A stretch of 64,000 nucleotides of DNA from Chrysemys picta bellii (lineage: Eukaryota): positions 54,746,001 through 54,810,000 of the forward strand of contig NC_088803.1 in assembly GCF_011386835.1 (NCBI RefSeq), read 5' to 3'. Of this stretch, positions 1 to 11,000 are shown one piece after another. The notes under the pieces are model-generated. The model saw nothing but the letters and a program-made list of their open reading frames with translations. It made no database searches and was not told the origin of the DNA. The first letter of the stretch is position 1. Each line of letters starts with the position of its first letter. The position numbers and the translations under genes are program-made.

Positions 1-787
1 ATCCAGGAAAGGCCGCCAAAAAATCCGCTTCAGAATTCCTTATAGCAACATGAGCTGCTTCCACCGGGGCTGGAAACCAGGTCACTTTGGGAGGATTTCT
101 TGTCAGTTCTGTGCCTGCCCACTCACATGCCTCTTGCACCTACTGGCGCTTACAGGTTCCAGCACACCTTCTCCATCTCTACGTGATACACGCCTTGTCC
201 CCGAGTCCTTTAGCTGAGCTGTCCTAGGAGTTACAGAACGGTGACTGTTATTTCTCTGAGTTGCTATGAATTTATGTGAAAGAGACTTATGACATTTAAA
301 GCACCTTGGTAACAGCAGAATGAGACCGAGGTCACTCAGTCGCCTTCAAAATGTGTTTTTAAATTTTACAACTATTACAAAAATCACTGTTTGCCTTTGT
401 TTTACGTATTGATCAACATGTTCAAACCTGGCTGCCTAAAGGTAGGCCCCTACCTCCAAAATTAGCCACTTAAATTAATTCTAGAGGAACTGAGCACCTG
501 CCATTCCCACTGGCTTCAAAACAAGTTGTGCATGATCAGTGCCTCTGAAAATCAGGCCAATTTTATTTAAGCGCCTAACTTGATTTTTGTTTTGTTTTCT
601 TCCTTTTCTTACCTGTATCAAAATACTTATTAAAATGCTCTCAGCATGGCCAGTGTCCCATGGACACTTATTCACTTCTAGGTGGGCTAAGAGTTTGGGT
701 CTCTTGACCCAGTCTAGTCTTCTATGTGGCAGCCACGAACAGCTGACATGTACTTAGGGCTGGTCTACACTTAAAAGTTTTGCTGCC

Positions 788-2007
788 TAACAGAACGTTG
801 GGAATCATGAAGAGATAGATAGATAATAAGACAGAAAATATCATATTGCCTCTATATAAATCCATGGTACGCCCACATCTTGAATACTGTGTGCAGATGT
901 GGTCGGCCCATCTCAAGAAAGACATTAAAATTGGAATTAGGGGTATGGAACGGCTTCCGTATAAGGAGAGATTAATAAGATTGGGACTTTTCAGCTTGGC
1001 CAAGAAATGACTAAGTGGTGATATGATAGAGGTGTGATGAAGTGGGAATGTTCTTAATGTTTTCTCTGAGTGCTGTGTGGGTGCCTCAGTTTCCCCTAGG
1101 CATTTCTTGCATGTCTAGGGGTGTGTGATTGTTGCAGAGCCCTAGGGGGCCAGTGTGATGCTGTCTGCACAGAGAATGGCCGACACCCTGTCTCCTGGCA
1201 ACTGATGGCCTGGGCCCCTCCTCTGCAAAGGTGCCAACTGAAGGTGTTGGAGAACAAAAAGATCAGGTGACCTCCTGGCCCGGGAAAGAGACAAAGGGAG
1301 AGGAGGGGATGGAGAGTTTGCAGTTTGGAGCTGGCTGGTAACATGGAGGGGAGCCCAGACAGGGCTCTGGCCTCCCTGGCCCTCCAAGATCGACCTAACT
1401 GATCGGGTCCTGTTGTCTGTACCTGCAAGACCTGTCTTGGACTGTGTTCCTGTCGTCTAAATAAACCTTCTGCTTTACTAGCTGGTTGAGAGTCATGGTG
1501 AATTGCAGGAAGCCGGGGGTGCAGGGCCTTGTCTCCCGCAAACTCTGTGACAAGAGGTCTATAAAATCATGACTGGTGTGGAGAAAGTAAATAAGGAAGT
1601 GTTATTTACTCCTTCTCATAACACAAGAACTAGGGGTCACCAAATTAAATTAATAGGCAGCAGGTTTAAAACAAACAAAAGGAAGTATGTCTTCACACAA
1701 TGCACAGTCAACCTGTGGAACTTGTTGCCAGAGGATGTTGTGAAGGCTAAGACTATAACAGGATTCAAAAAAGAACTAGATACATTCATGGAGGATAGGT
1801 CCATCAATGGCTATTAGCCAGGATGGGCAGGGATGATGTCCCTAGCCTCTGTTTGCCAGAAGTTGGGAATGAGTGACAGGGGATGGATCACTTGATGATT
1901 ATCTGTTCTCTTCATTCCCTCTGGGGCACCTGGCACTGTCCACTGTCAGAAGACAGGATACTGGGCTAGATGGACCTTTGGTCTGACCCAGTACAGCCGT
2001 TCTTATG
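788..2007 (+). mobile_element. 5'-truncated CR1 LINE (ORF2 C-terminus and 3' UTR), interrupted by a solo LTR
   Basis: CR1 ORF2 motifs (LYKSMVRPHLEYCVQMWS; KVNKEVLFT...HNTRTRGH); ends in GTTCTTATG; highly similar to copies at 6695-7760 and 21250-23079. Confidence 0.9.
1033..1552 (+). mobile_element. Solo LTR of an LTR retroelement
   Basis: Starts TGTGA, ends TGACA; 5-bp TSD AGAGG (1028-1032, 1553-1557); internal AATAAA at 1460-1465. Removing it restores the CR1 sequence GATATGATAGAGGTCTATAAAATC. Confidence 0.85.
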
Positions 2008-3010
2008 ACATAGCTATGTCAGTTAGAATTGTGAAAAAAATCACACCTCTAACTGACATCGCTATGCGAGCAACAGCTCCAGACACAGTTATGCCAGCAA
2101 AAAAGTCATTTTGCTGATATAGCTTATTTTGTTCAGGGACTAAATACAAAGTATACTGGCAATATACTGGCTTATATCTTTTGCCAATATAAGCTGTATG
2201 TCCACTAGGAGGGTTTGCTGATATAGCTAAACTGGTATAGCTATACTACACACACCGTCTAGTGTAGACAAGGCCTTAGTAAAACAATAAACAAAAAGGT
2301 TCAAAACTAGTAGGAAAGAGAGCCGTTGCATCCTCTCAAGCCAGAGGTATGGAATTCTACATAGTCCTTCAGATGCTCTGCTTCAATGAATCTGTTTGAG
2401 TCACACTATAGGATCATAACACAGGAGTCTCAGATGCCGGGGAGAATGAGCGAGAAAGCAATCACTTCTCTGACAGCCCTTGGAAGCACTTCATAGAAGC
2501 GAGTATCTTCGATGGCCCCTATTGCCGTAGTCTCTGAGCACGTCTCAATCGTTAAGTGATTTATCCTCACAACATCCCTATGAGGTACGCAAGTACCATT
2601 ATTCTCATTTCACAGAGACTATATGACATGCACAAGGTCACATAGGAAGTCTGTAGCAGAGCAAGGAATTGTGTCTTGGGTCTTGTCTACCAAGAGGCTT
2701 AGAGTATGTCTACACTTTGAGCTAGAGGTGTAAATTCCCAGCTCAAGGAGTCAGGCCTACACTAGCTCAGAGCGAGCTAGCGTATGAAAAATAGAGCGTA
2801 GCCACAGCGGAACAAGCAGGGAGTGGGGTTAGCTACTCGGAGTATGCACCTAGTGTCTCAGGAGGATCACATTCAGAGCAGCTAGCCCTTCCTGACGCTC
2901 ACATTTGGTTTTAAGAATAAATTCCACTCCCAAATTACAGCCACTCAGACAAGTAATAACTTTCCCCCTGGAATGTACAAATAAGCCACCCGACTCACGA
3001 TCCCGTAGGG

Positions 3011-3404
3011 CAGCGGTTCTCAAACTGTGGGTTGGGACCCCAAAGTGGGTCGCGGTGACCCCGTTTTAATGGGGTCACCGGGGCTGGCTTAGACTTGCTG
3101 GGGCCTGGGGCCAAAGCCCAAGTTCAACTGCCCGGGGCCAAAGCTGAAGCCCAGTGGCTTCAGCCCTGGGCAGCAGGGCTCAGGTTACAGGGCCCCCCTC
3201 CCCGGAGCTTCAGCCCTTGGGTTTCGGCTTTGCCCCTCCTTCCCCCGCCCCTGCCTGGGGCGGTGGGGCTCGGGCTTTGCCACCGCCACCCCCTTCCCAC
3301 CCCCTGGGCAGCAGGGTTTGGGTGAGGGTCCCCCCTCCTGGAGCCATGGAGTCATTTTTGTTGTCAGAAGGTGGTCATGGTGCAATGAAGTTTGAGAAAC
3401 CCTG
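3011..3404. mobile_element. hAT (Charlie-type) non-autonomous element
   Basis: TIRs CAGCGGTTCTCAAACT / AGTTTGAGAAACCCTG; 8-bp TSD CCGTAGGG / CCCTAGGG (7/8). Confidence 0.85.
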
Positions 3405-6120
3405 CCCTAGGGAATTCTACCTAACATTGGCCTGGTCTGCTTCCCTGTCAGGCCCTCACGTTGCTGGAACACACAGCCTGTTGCGGGACACACTCCCCAC
3501 CCTCCTGCGGGACACACCCCCACCCACGGAACACTGCCAACAAGAGAAAGAAATACGAAGGTGATGAATAAATACCTAACGAGGACTCACCTAAGTGCAG
3601 GACCTCCATGGTCTGGGCAGCTTGCAGTCGCAGGAGTACTTGTGCCCTCTAAGCTTCCTGTTCTAGTAAATGGAAACAAGTGGGCTTGGCTTTGCAGAAA
3701 ATGAAAGCTGGCTCTTCATCAAACCCTGCTACACAATCTGACGTACTAGCTAGAACCCTAAATGCCACACTGCCTAAGCACAGGGGCAGAGGAATGAGTC
3801 ACAAGTTCATCAGATTGTGATAAGGAATTTATTAAATTGTAACCGAGCATCTCCCCACTCACACTCCTAGGGCCATTATTTCGTCCTTTCAGACTTGGGC
3901 AGCCATTGCTCTGCTCCTCCCACGAAGGGTTTCATGCTCCCTCCATGTTGCTCACTACATACAGAACTGATCCGTAAGGCCAACACATTCTCCTCTCTCG
4001 GACTCCTCATCCACACTTCTGCTGGGATATCGTCCAGCAACCAGCCAGTCAACGATGACCATGTTGAAGGGTGCTTAGGAAGAGCTGATATTATTGACTG
4101 ATTGAAATAATTAGAAAGTTTTCCCCCCACAAACAATCACATTACCCACGAAATGCCTAATCCTGACCCAGTTAAGTCAAGGACAACACTCCCATTGACT
4201 TCAATGGATACAGGCTCAAACCTCCAGTGAACCTATGTACCAGTATGAGCTTATTACTAGCCTTGGCTTTCCTTCCCACTTCTCTCCTCTTGTTCATCAC
4301 ACTCACTTCCTGTGTCTTGTCTTAGACTGTAAACTCTTCAGGGACAAAGACAGTTTTTTCCTGTATGTATGAAAAGCGCCACAGTACACGGGGGTGCCAA
4401 TTCTGATTGATGTCTTTGGGTGCTATTTTAATGCATGCTGATAGATAAAATATAAGCATAGGCAGATAAAATCTGGCCACAAATTAGTAAATCTTTGTCA
4501 AACAATATAATACAATATAATACACGGTAATGTTCCTTTATATTGTAGGCTGGAGGCTTTGGAGAAGTCCACCATCTGTGAACTAGGCCTGAATGAAGAG
4601 TCTGAAAGAGAGAATCCTCCCATCACTTGGCTCACTTTACTAGAAGAAATGGTAAAGTTTCACCCAACCAAATCAATAGAAAGGGCTTTTGTTTGCCTAT
4701 ATCCAAACCTTTATTGAAGCAAAAAAGTTTAGTTCATAAATGCATATGTTGAACCCTTCTGACTGTGCTCCGCTTTGTAACTGATCAAGATGAAGTTTTA
4801 AATCAGATTACAAAACAGAAGAGAAACATCTTTCATGTTCATCCGGTTGGTGAGGGAGGTGCAGAAGAGATGACAAGCTCCAGCTCCCAATGGAGGATTG
4901 GAGCTGCAACAACTTTTTTTCCCAGTTAAATTCCAGCTTATTTTAGATGGAATGAGGGAAATATTTACTGATGATATGATGAAGCAAATGGGTTAATGTC
5001 TACAATTGTGGTCCCTCTGACATCCATAGGGTGAACTGAGTTAGATACCAAATCCAATCTTTACAAGATCCCTCTATTCCCGATTTGGAATTAATAGTAC
5101 AATTTTTCTTGTATTTTTCAAGTTTAAAGCTATCTTAATGGGGAATATTTTACTAGACAAAACATCCCATTGTTCTTGTAAATTCAGCAGTTACAGCTGT
5201 GTACAATTTTGGACATCTAAGTTTTTTTCTTTGTATATACTTAAGTTTTTAAAGGTTTAGTACAAATGACCTTGTGGAGAAAGACTGTTTCTTCATGTAG
5301 TATAAGATTTAAAATATTTAAATAGTCAGGCAAGTTCTAAGGGCTGGACTTCCTCTTCATTAACTCCCCATGACATATTTTTGTTTCATCTGCACACTAA
5401 ACTGCAGTTTCAATCCACTTTTCTCTCTTCTTGGTTTATTTATTTGTATTTTGCTGCTTTAGCAAATACATATTTCAAGGACAGTAAATGATTGTAAAGG
5501 TCTCTGCAGCTGCTCTAAATATGGGTTATACTATCATGCTCCTCTGAGCAAATCTATAGGCAGTTTAACACCTAGCTGCTTTATGGAACCAGCACCAGAC
5601 AGGAAGTGGGAGAGATGACAAATAACCACAGCACACATTCTCCAGTTCATGTTGTCTTCTTTATAAGCCCCTTTTGGGTTGACAGAAAGAAGACCCTGGT
5701 AATTTGCTTGATTTAAAAATAATCTTATGTAAATTTCAAGTGCCAAATTTCCCCCAGACTGATCTGTGGGGAGCCTGTAAGGATGATCTTTGAATGGCAC
5801 TGGATTCCAAGTGCAGCAGCTTACGCCGTGTCCAAAATCCTTCTTGTGTCCCAGGATAGATCTACAATATCTGCTGCCAAATGTGTGCCTGCAAATTCTG
5901 ATGCAAAATCCTGGATTTTCATGCACACACGCATACAAAACAGGCAGTGCCGCACATACATTTGAAAATCAAGATCTGTGTTGTTTAAAGGGCATCCGGA
6001 GGGGTTGAGGTGGAGCCAGCTGCTTCTCATTAGCTGCCCAGCATGCTGGGCATGGGCCGTGGCACAGTAACACAGACTGCACCCTGGCTGCCTGCATTTC
6101 CAGATGTTAACAAGAAGTTA

Positions 6121-6694
6121 GTTAGTAGGAGCATTGCCAGCAGATCGAGGGAAGTGATTATTCCCCTCTATTCGGCACTGGTGAGGCCACACCTAGAGTA
6201 TTGCGTCCAGTTTTGGTCCCGCCACTACAGAAGGGATGTGGATAAATTGAAGAGAGTCCAGCGGAGGGCAACAAAAATGATTAGGGGGCTGGAGCACATG
6301 ACTTATGAGGAGAGGCTGAGGGAACTGGGGTTATTTAGTCTGCAGAAGAATGAGGGGGGATTTGACAGCAGCCTTCAACTACCTGAAGTGGGGGGTTCCA
6401 AAGAGGATGGAGATCAGCTGTTCTCAGTGGTTGCAGATGACAGAACAAGGAGCAATGGTCTCAAGTTGCAGTAGGGGAGGTCCAGGTTGGATATAAGGAA
6501 ACACTATGTCACTAGGAGGGTGGTGAAGCACTGGAATGGGTTCCCTAGGGAGGTGGTGAAATCTCCATCCTTAGAGGTTTTTAAGGCCCGTCTTGACAAA
6601 GCCCTGGCTGGGATGATTTAGTTGGTGTTGGTCCTGCTTTGAGCAGGGGATTGGACTAGATACCTCCTGAGGTCTCTAATATTCTATTATTCTA
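6121..6694 (+). mobile_element. CR1 LINE 3' fragment (second subfamily)
   Basis: Degraded ORF2 (SRSREVIIPLYSALVRPHLEYCVQFWS...[16 protein letters not shown]) ending in a TATTCTATTATTCTA tail. Confidence 0.9.
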
Positions 6695-7760
6695 AATCCA
6701 GCATAACATATGGATTGGTAACTGGTTAAAAGATAGGAAACAAAGGGTAGGAATCAATGGTGAGTTTTCAGAATGGAGAGAGGTAAATAGTGGTGTCCCG
6801 GAGGGATCTGTAGTGGGTTCAGTCCTATTCAATATATTCATAAGTGATCTGGAAAAAGGACTAAACAGTGAGGTGGCAAAATTTGCAGATGATACAAAAC
6901 TACTGAAGATAGTTAAGTCCCAGGCAGACTGCGAAGAGCTACAAAGAGATCTCACAAAACTGGGTGACTGGGCAACAAAATGGCAGATGAAATTCAGTGT
7001 TGATAAATGCAAAGCAATGCACACTGGAAAACATAATCCCAACTATACATATAAAATGATGGGGTCTAAATTAGGGGTTACCACTCAAGAAAGAGATCTT
7101 GGAGTCATTGTGGGTAGTTCTCTGAAAACATCCATTGAATGTGCAGTGGCAGTCAAAAAAGCGAACAGAATGATTAAGAAAGGGACAGATAATAGGACAG
7201 AAAATATCATGTTGCCTCTATATAAATCCATGGTACACCCACATCTTGAATACTGTGTGCAGATGTGGTCGCCCCATCTCAAAAAAGAGATATTGGATTG
7301 GAAAAGGTTCAGAAAAGGGCAACAAAAATGATTAGGGATATGGAACAGCTTCTGTATGAGAGAAGATTAATAAGCCTGGGACTTTTCAGCTTGGAAAAGA
7401 GGCGACTAAGAGGGGATCTGAGAGAGGTCTATAAAATCATGAGTGCGGTGGAGAAAGTCAATAAGGGAGTGTTATTTACTCCTCCTCGTAACACAAGAAC
7501 CGGGGTCACCCACTGAAAGGAACAGGCAGCAGGTTAAAGCAAACCAGAGGACAAGGCGCAGTCGCCCCGCGGAGCTCGTTGCCAGAGGCTGTTGTGAAGG
7601 CCAAGGCCGTGCCAGGGGTCGGTAAGGCCGGGATCAGGTCCTGGGGCCGGGCCCATCCATGGGCACTAGCCAGCTTGGCAGGGATGGTGCCCCGGCCTGT
7701 TGGCCAGACGCGGCGCCCGAACGGGCCACAGGCCCTCGGTCACTCCCAGCCTGTCCGAAC
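6695..7760 (+). mobile_element. CR1 LINE fragment (RT region to 3' UTR) with a GC-shifted 3' end
   Basis: RT motif SVLFNIFISDLEKG...KFADDTKL; frameshifted; the 3' part still aligns to the other CR1 copies but is GC-enriched. Confidence 0.9.
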
Positions 7761-7779
7761 AGGGGTCTAGGGGCCTTGC

Positions 7780-8093
7780 CCGGGCTCCCGCAGCGAGCAC
7801 TGCGCTTCCCTAGCCGGGCTCCCGGTCCCCGCCACTAGCGGCGCGTTGGCCGGTCCGCGCTCGGACGGGCCGGGCCGGGCCGGGCGCCTCCGGCTCGCTG
7901 CCCCCGCGGGCCGGGGAATGGCCAGAGCCCCTCAGCCCTGACTGGGACTCAGCCCCTCCCCGAACAAGATGGCGGCCCGGTTGCCATAGCAGCCCGTCGC
8001 GCTTCCTACTGGCGAGTGCGTCGCAGGTGTGATGACGTCAGGTCAGTCCCGCTCCTTCCGGTGCGGCGGGTCGGGGGCGCTGCTCGAGCCGGG
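7780..8093 (+). promoter_or_regulatory. DNTTIP1 CpG-island promoter
   Basis: CpG-rich; YY1-type CAAGATGGCGGC (7965-7976), full CRE TGACGTCA (8033-8040) and ETS-type CTTCCGG (8055-8061) just upstream of the ATG at 8094. Confidence 0.75.
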
Positions 8094-11000
8094 ATGGGGG
8101 CCGCCCGGGATCCCGAGCAGCAGCCGGGGCCGCCGGGGGAAGGGGGCCCGGAGGAGGGGGACGGGCAGCTGGTGAGCACGGTGAGAGCCGGCGGGGCGGA
8201 GCCGCCCGGCCCGGCCCCGCTCCCGCCCGGTTGGCGCCGTAAGGCAGAGCCCGGGGCGCCCCGGGCCGGGCCGGGCGGGGCAGGCGCTGGGCGGCCCCCG
8301 CTCTCGGGGCGGCCTGTAGGATTTGCCTGACAGCCCAGAGCGCCCCCCCCCCGATCTAGGGGAGGCATCTGTGCCCCCCCCCGCCGGGGCCCTGAGGTGG
8401 GCGGGGGGCCCCTCTCTGGGCCCTGCTCGCTGCAACCCCCCCTCTGCTCCTCCTCCCTGCAGAGCCCCTGGAACATCATGATCAAGCACCGGCAGGTGCA
8501 GCGGCGGGGTCGGCGCTCGCAGATGACAACAAGGTACAAGCTGCGCCCAGAGCTGGGACCGTCACTTTGGGGTGCTGACAGGAGGTGCCCAGCCTTGCGC
8601 ATCCAGACACAGGGCACTCCTGGCAGGCTGGCTGCTGCTGGAGATGCTTGGGCTCCCTGAAGGGTCTCTGGCGTGTCAAGTCACTGCATCCCGAGTTGTG
8701 CAGGCACTCGGGGATTATCTTGTCTCAGGCAGTTCAAAAGAGCCTCCTCTGACACCCACCAGACCCGCTAAACAATAGGATTAAACCCAAGCACATGGGG
8801 TTTAATACCAGGAAGAAGCAACATTGTCTAGAGGACTGAGCAAAGGCACAGGGTATAGGAACTCGGAAATTCTGATCCTGGCTCTGCCATTAACTCCCTG
8901 TGCGGTGCTGAGCAAGGCATTTTGCTGATCTCGGTCTTGGTTTCTCTGTCTGTACCCAGGGAAGTAATGTGCGTACAGTTCTTTGAAGACTGAAATGCTC
9001 TACAATTGCTAAGTGGTGGTGGTCACTGTGAGATGTCCTGGGGTCTAGTGGTAGCTCAGGTCACTGGCTCAGCAGCTTGTGCAATCCTGGTGAAGTAGAG
9101 GTTCAAAAGAGCATAAGAACGGTCGTACTGCGTCAAACCAATGGTCCATCTAGCCCATTATCCTGGCTTCCAACAGTGGCCGATACCTCTGGGGTACCTG
9201 GCAATGAACAGAGAAATCATCAAGTGATCCATCCTCGTCATCCAATCCCAGCTTCTGGCAATCAGAGGTTTAGGGATATGTGAAGTTGGGTCCCTGACCA
9301 TCTTGGCTAATAGCCACTGATGGACATGTTCTCCAGGAACTTATCTAGTTCTTCTTTGAACCCAGTTATACTTTTACATCACTTGCAAACGACGCTCCTC
9401 TCTAGCTGATGCTTCAAGCAGTGATGAATTCAGAGGGGTATTGTATCCAGCACTTCTTTTCTGTTGGGAGATCTAGGTTTGGAGTCAGTGGGTAATTCTG
9501 CTGCTAGGTTTGGAGTGGAAATAAGCTTGCAGCCTGTGTTGTTAGAGTTGTGTCCTTTGTAGAGGTCTGTAAACTCTGGTGGACATCCATGTGGGTGAGA
9601 ACATTTGGGACAGCATTGTCGAGTGGGATTCTGGGCCTGGGGATTTTCTGAGCTGGGTGTGGCAGTAAGGGTGGGTGGAGTAATTTATCTCGTGTTCAGT
9701 TTTACAGATCCTGCCGTCTCCATGGATTTGCTGCGAGCTGTTCTGCAGCCTAGTATCAACGAGGAGATCCAGATTGTCTTCAATAAATACATGAAGGTAA
9801 AAGCTCATTAGGAAAGGGAAATCTCTTGGGCGGACATCAGCCTTCTACCTCCAGCCTGTGCTGTTAGGCACTGACCCAGTGAAACCCCAGCCCTGTAGCC
9901 CTCTTTACATACACAACATAACCTTGTGAACTGGGTAAGAAGGGCAGGTGAGTGCTGCTCAGTCTAATCCTGAAAGGGTCACACTCGGAGAGCTCCCAGT
10001 CCCTTCTGGAGGAGTCGAAATGCACACAGGTAAGATGAAACTTTAAAAATGAGTTCTGCTGGACAACAGCGAGTGACCAGAGAGGATGGAGTCTGCTACC
10101 AAGGGGTATGGAACTTCCTAATGGGATTGCATCCCTTGTGCTCAGTGCTGACCCTGATGACCATACGGTATTTGGTTGTAGCATGAGCAGAGGTGGCTCC
10201 AGGAGTCACCAGCCCCTGACTTTGTGCAGATGAGAGCCTAGTTCCAAGGAGGCAGCCCCCTGTGGAAAGAGGTTAGAGCAGCCAGCATCATTCTAACCGT
10301 CTCTTGGGCCCCTTTCCAGTTTTTCCAGAAGGCAGCAGTTAACGTGAGAGAGAACGTCGGGGAGGAGGTGGACCCAGAGCAGCTCATCCAGGAAACATGT
10401 CGGAGCTGCCTAGAACAGGTAGGGATGTGCAATTGCCACACGCAGCTGGGGTCACCGCCCTCTGGGAGTAGCCTTGTAAGAAAGAACCCAGGGATGGAAA
10501 TATCTGCCCCACAATCTCCTGAGGATACAGAGCATCGCAGGCTGGGTGCCCAAAACCTCACAGGACAAAATGTCCTTGCTAACATGCCTTTGTATCTAGG
10601 TCAGTGATACTCAGATTGCGGCTCGCCAGTCACCAGTGGCTCCTTAATGCGTCTCCTGCAGCTCTTTGCAGTACGTGATATTAAGACGTGTGTGATTTAA
10701 TTATTAACCAATCAGGGTGCTTTTACTGTGTTGTTAAGCAGTTGTAGTTAATAAAATAATAATACATGGTCAGTCATTTTGCTCTGAGAATTATACAGTA
10801 AATGAAACAATGAATTCACACTCCTGTGGCTCTTTTGGGTAATGTTGATCGCTAATTTGGCTCCTGAACCACTGAGGTCTGAGTATCCCTGACCTAGGGA
10901 GAGCTGGTTGTATGGATCAGCCAGCAGAGGGCTCTGGTGGAAGGAACTTCATGCTCTTCTCCAGCTCATGCACACTGTGGTGATGTTGGCCTCATAAGCA

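Larger units (their letters stand above)
757..2275. mobile_element. PIF/Harbinger-like MITE, split by a CR1 insertion
   Basis: Imperfect TIRs GGGCTGGTCTACAC (757-770) and GTGTAGACAAGGCC (2262-2275), flanked by TTA on both sides (754-756, 2276-2278). Confidence 0.7.

Noticed and set aside
127-223. Possible minus-strand exon (TAQLKDSGTRR...CKRH) with a GTGAGT donor
   Set aside because: Short, no recognisable homology and no partner exon visible.
3895-4101. ORF after a CTTTCAG acceptor (...ELIRKANTFSSLG...)
   Set aside because: Cannot be linked to any exon chain; within chance expectation.
6043-7516. RT-like ORFs as host genes
   Set aside because: Frameshifted CR1 ORF2 fragments; the same applies to the ORFs at 21740-22855 and 1569-1817.
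8006-8617. 203-aa antisense ORF over DNTTIP1 exons 1-2
   Set aside because: GC-rich CpG-island shadow ORF with low-complexity P/G/R composition.
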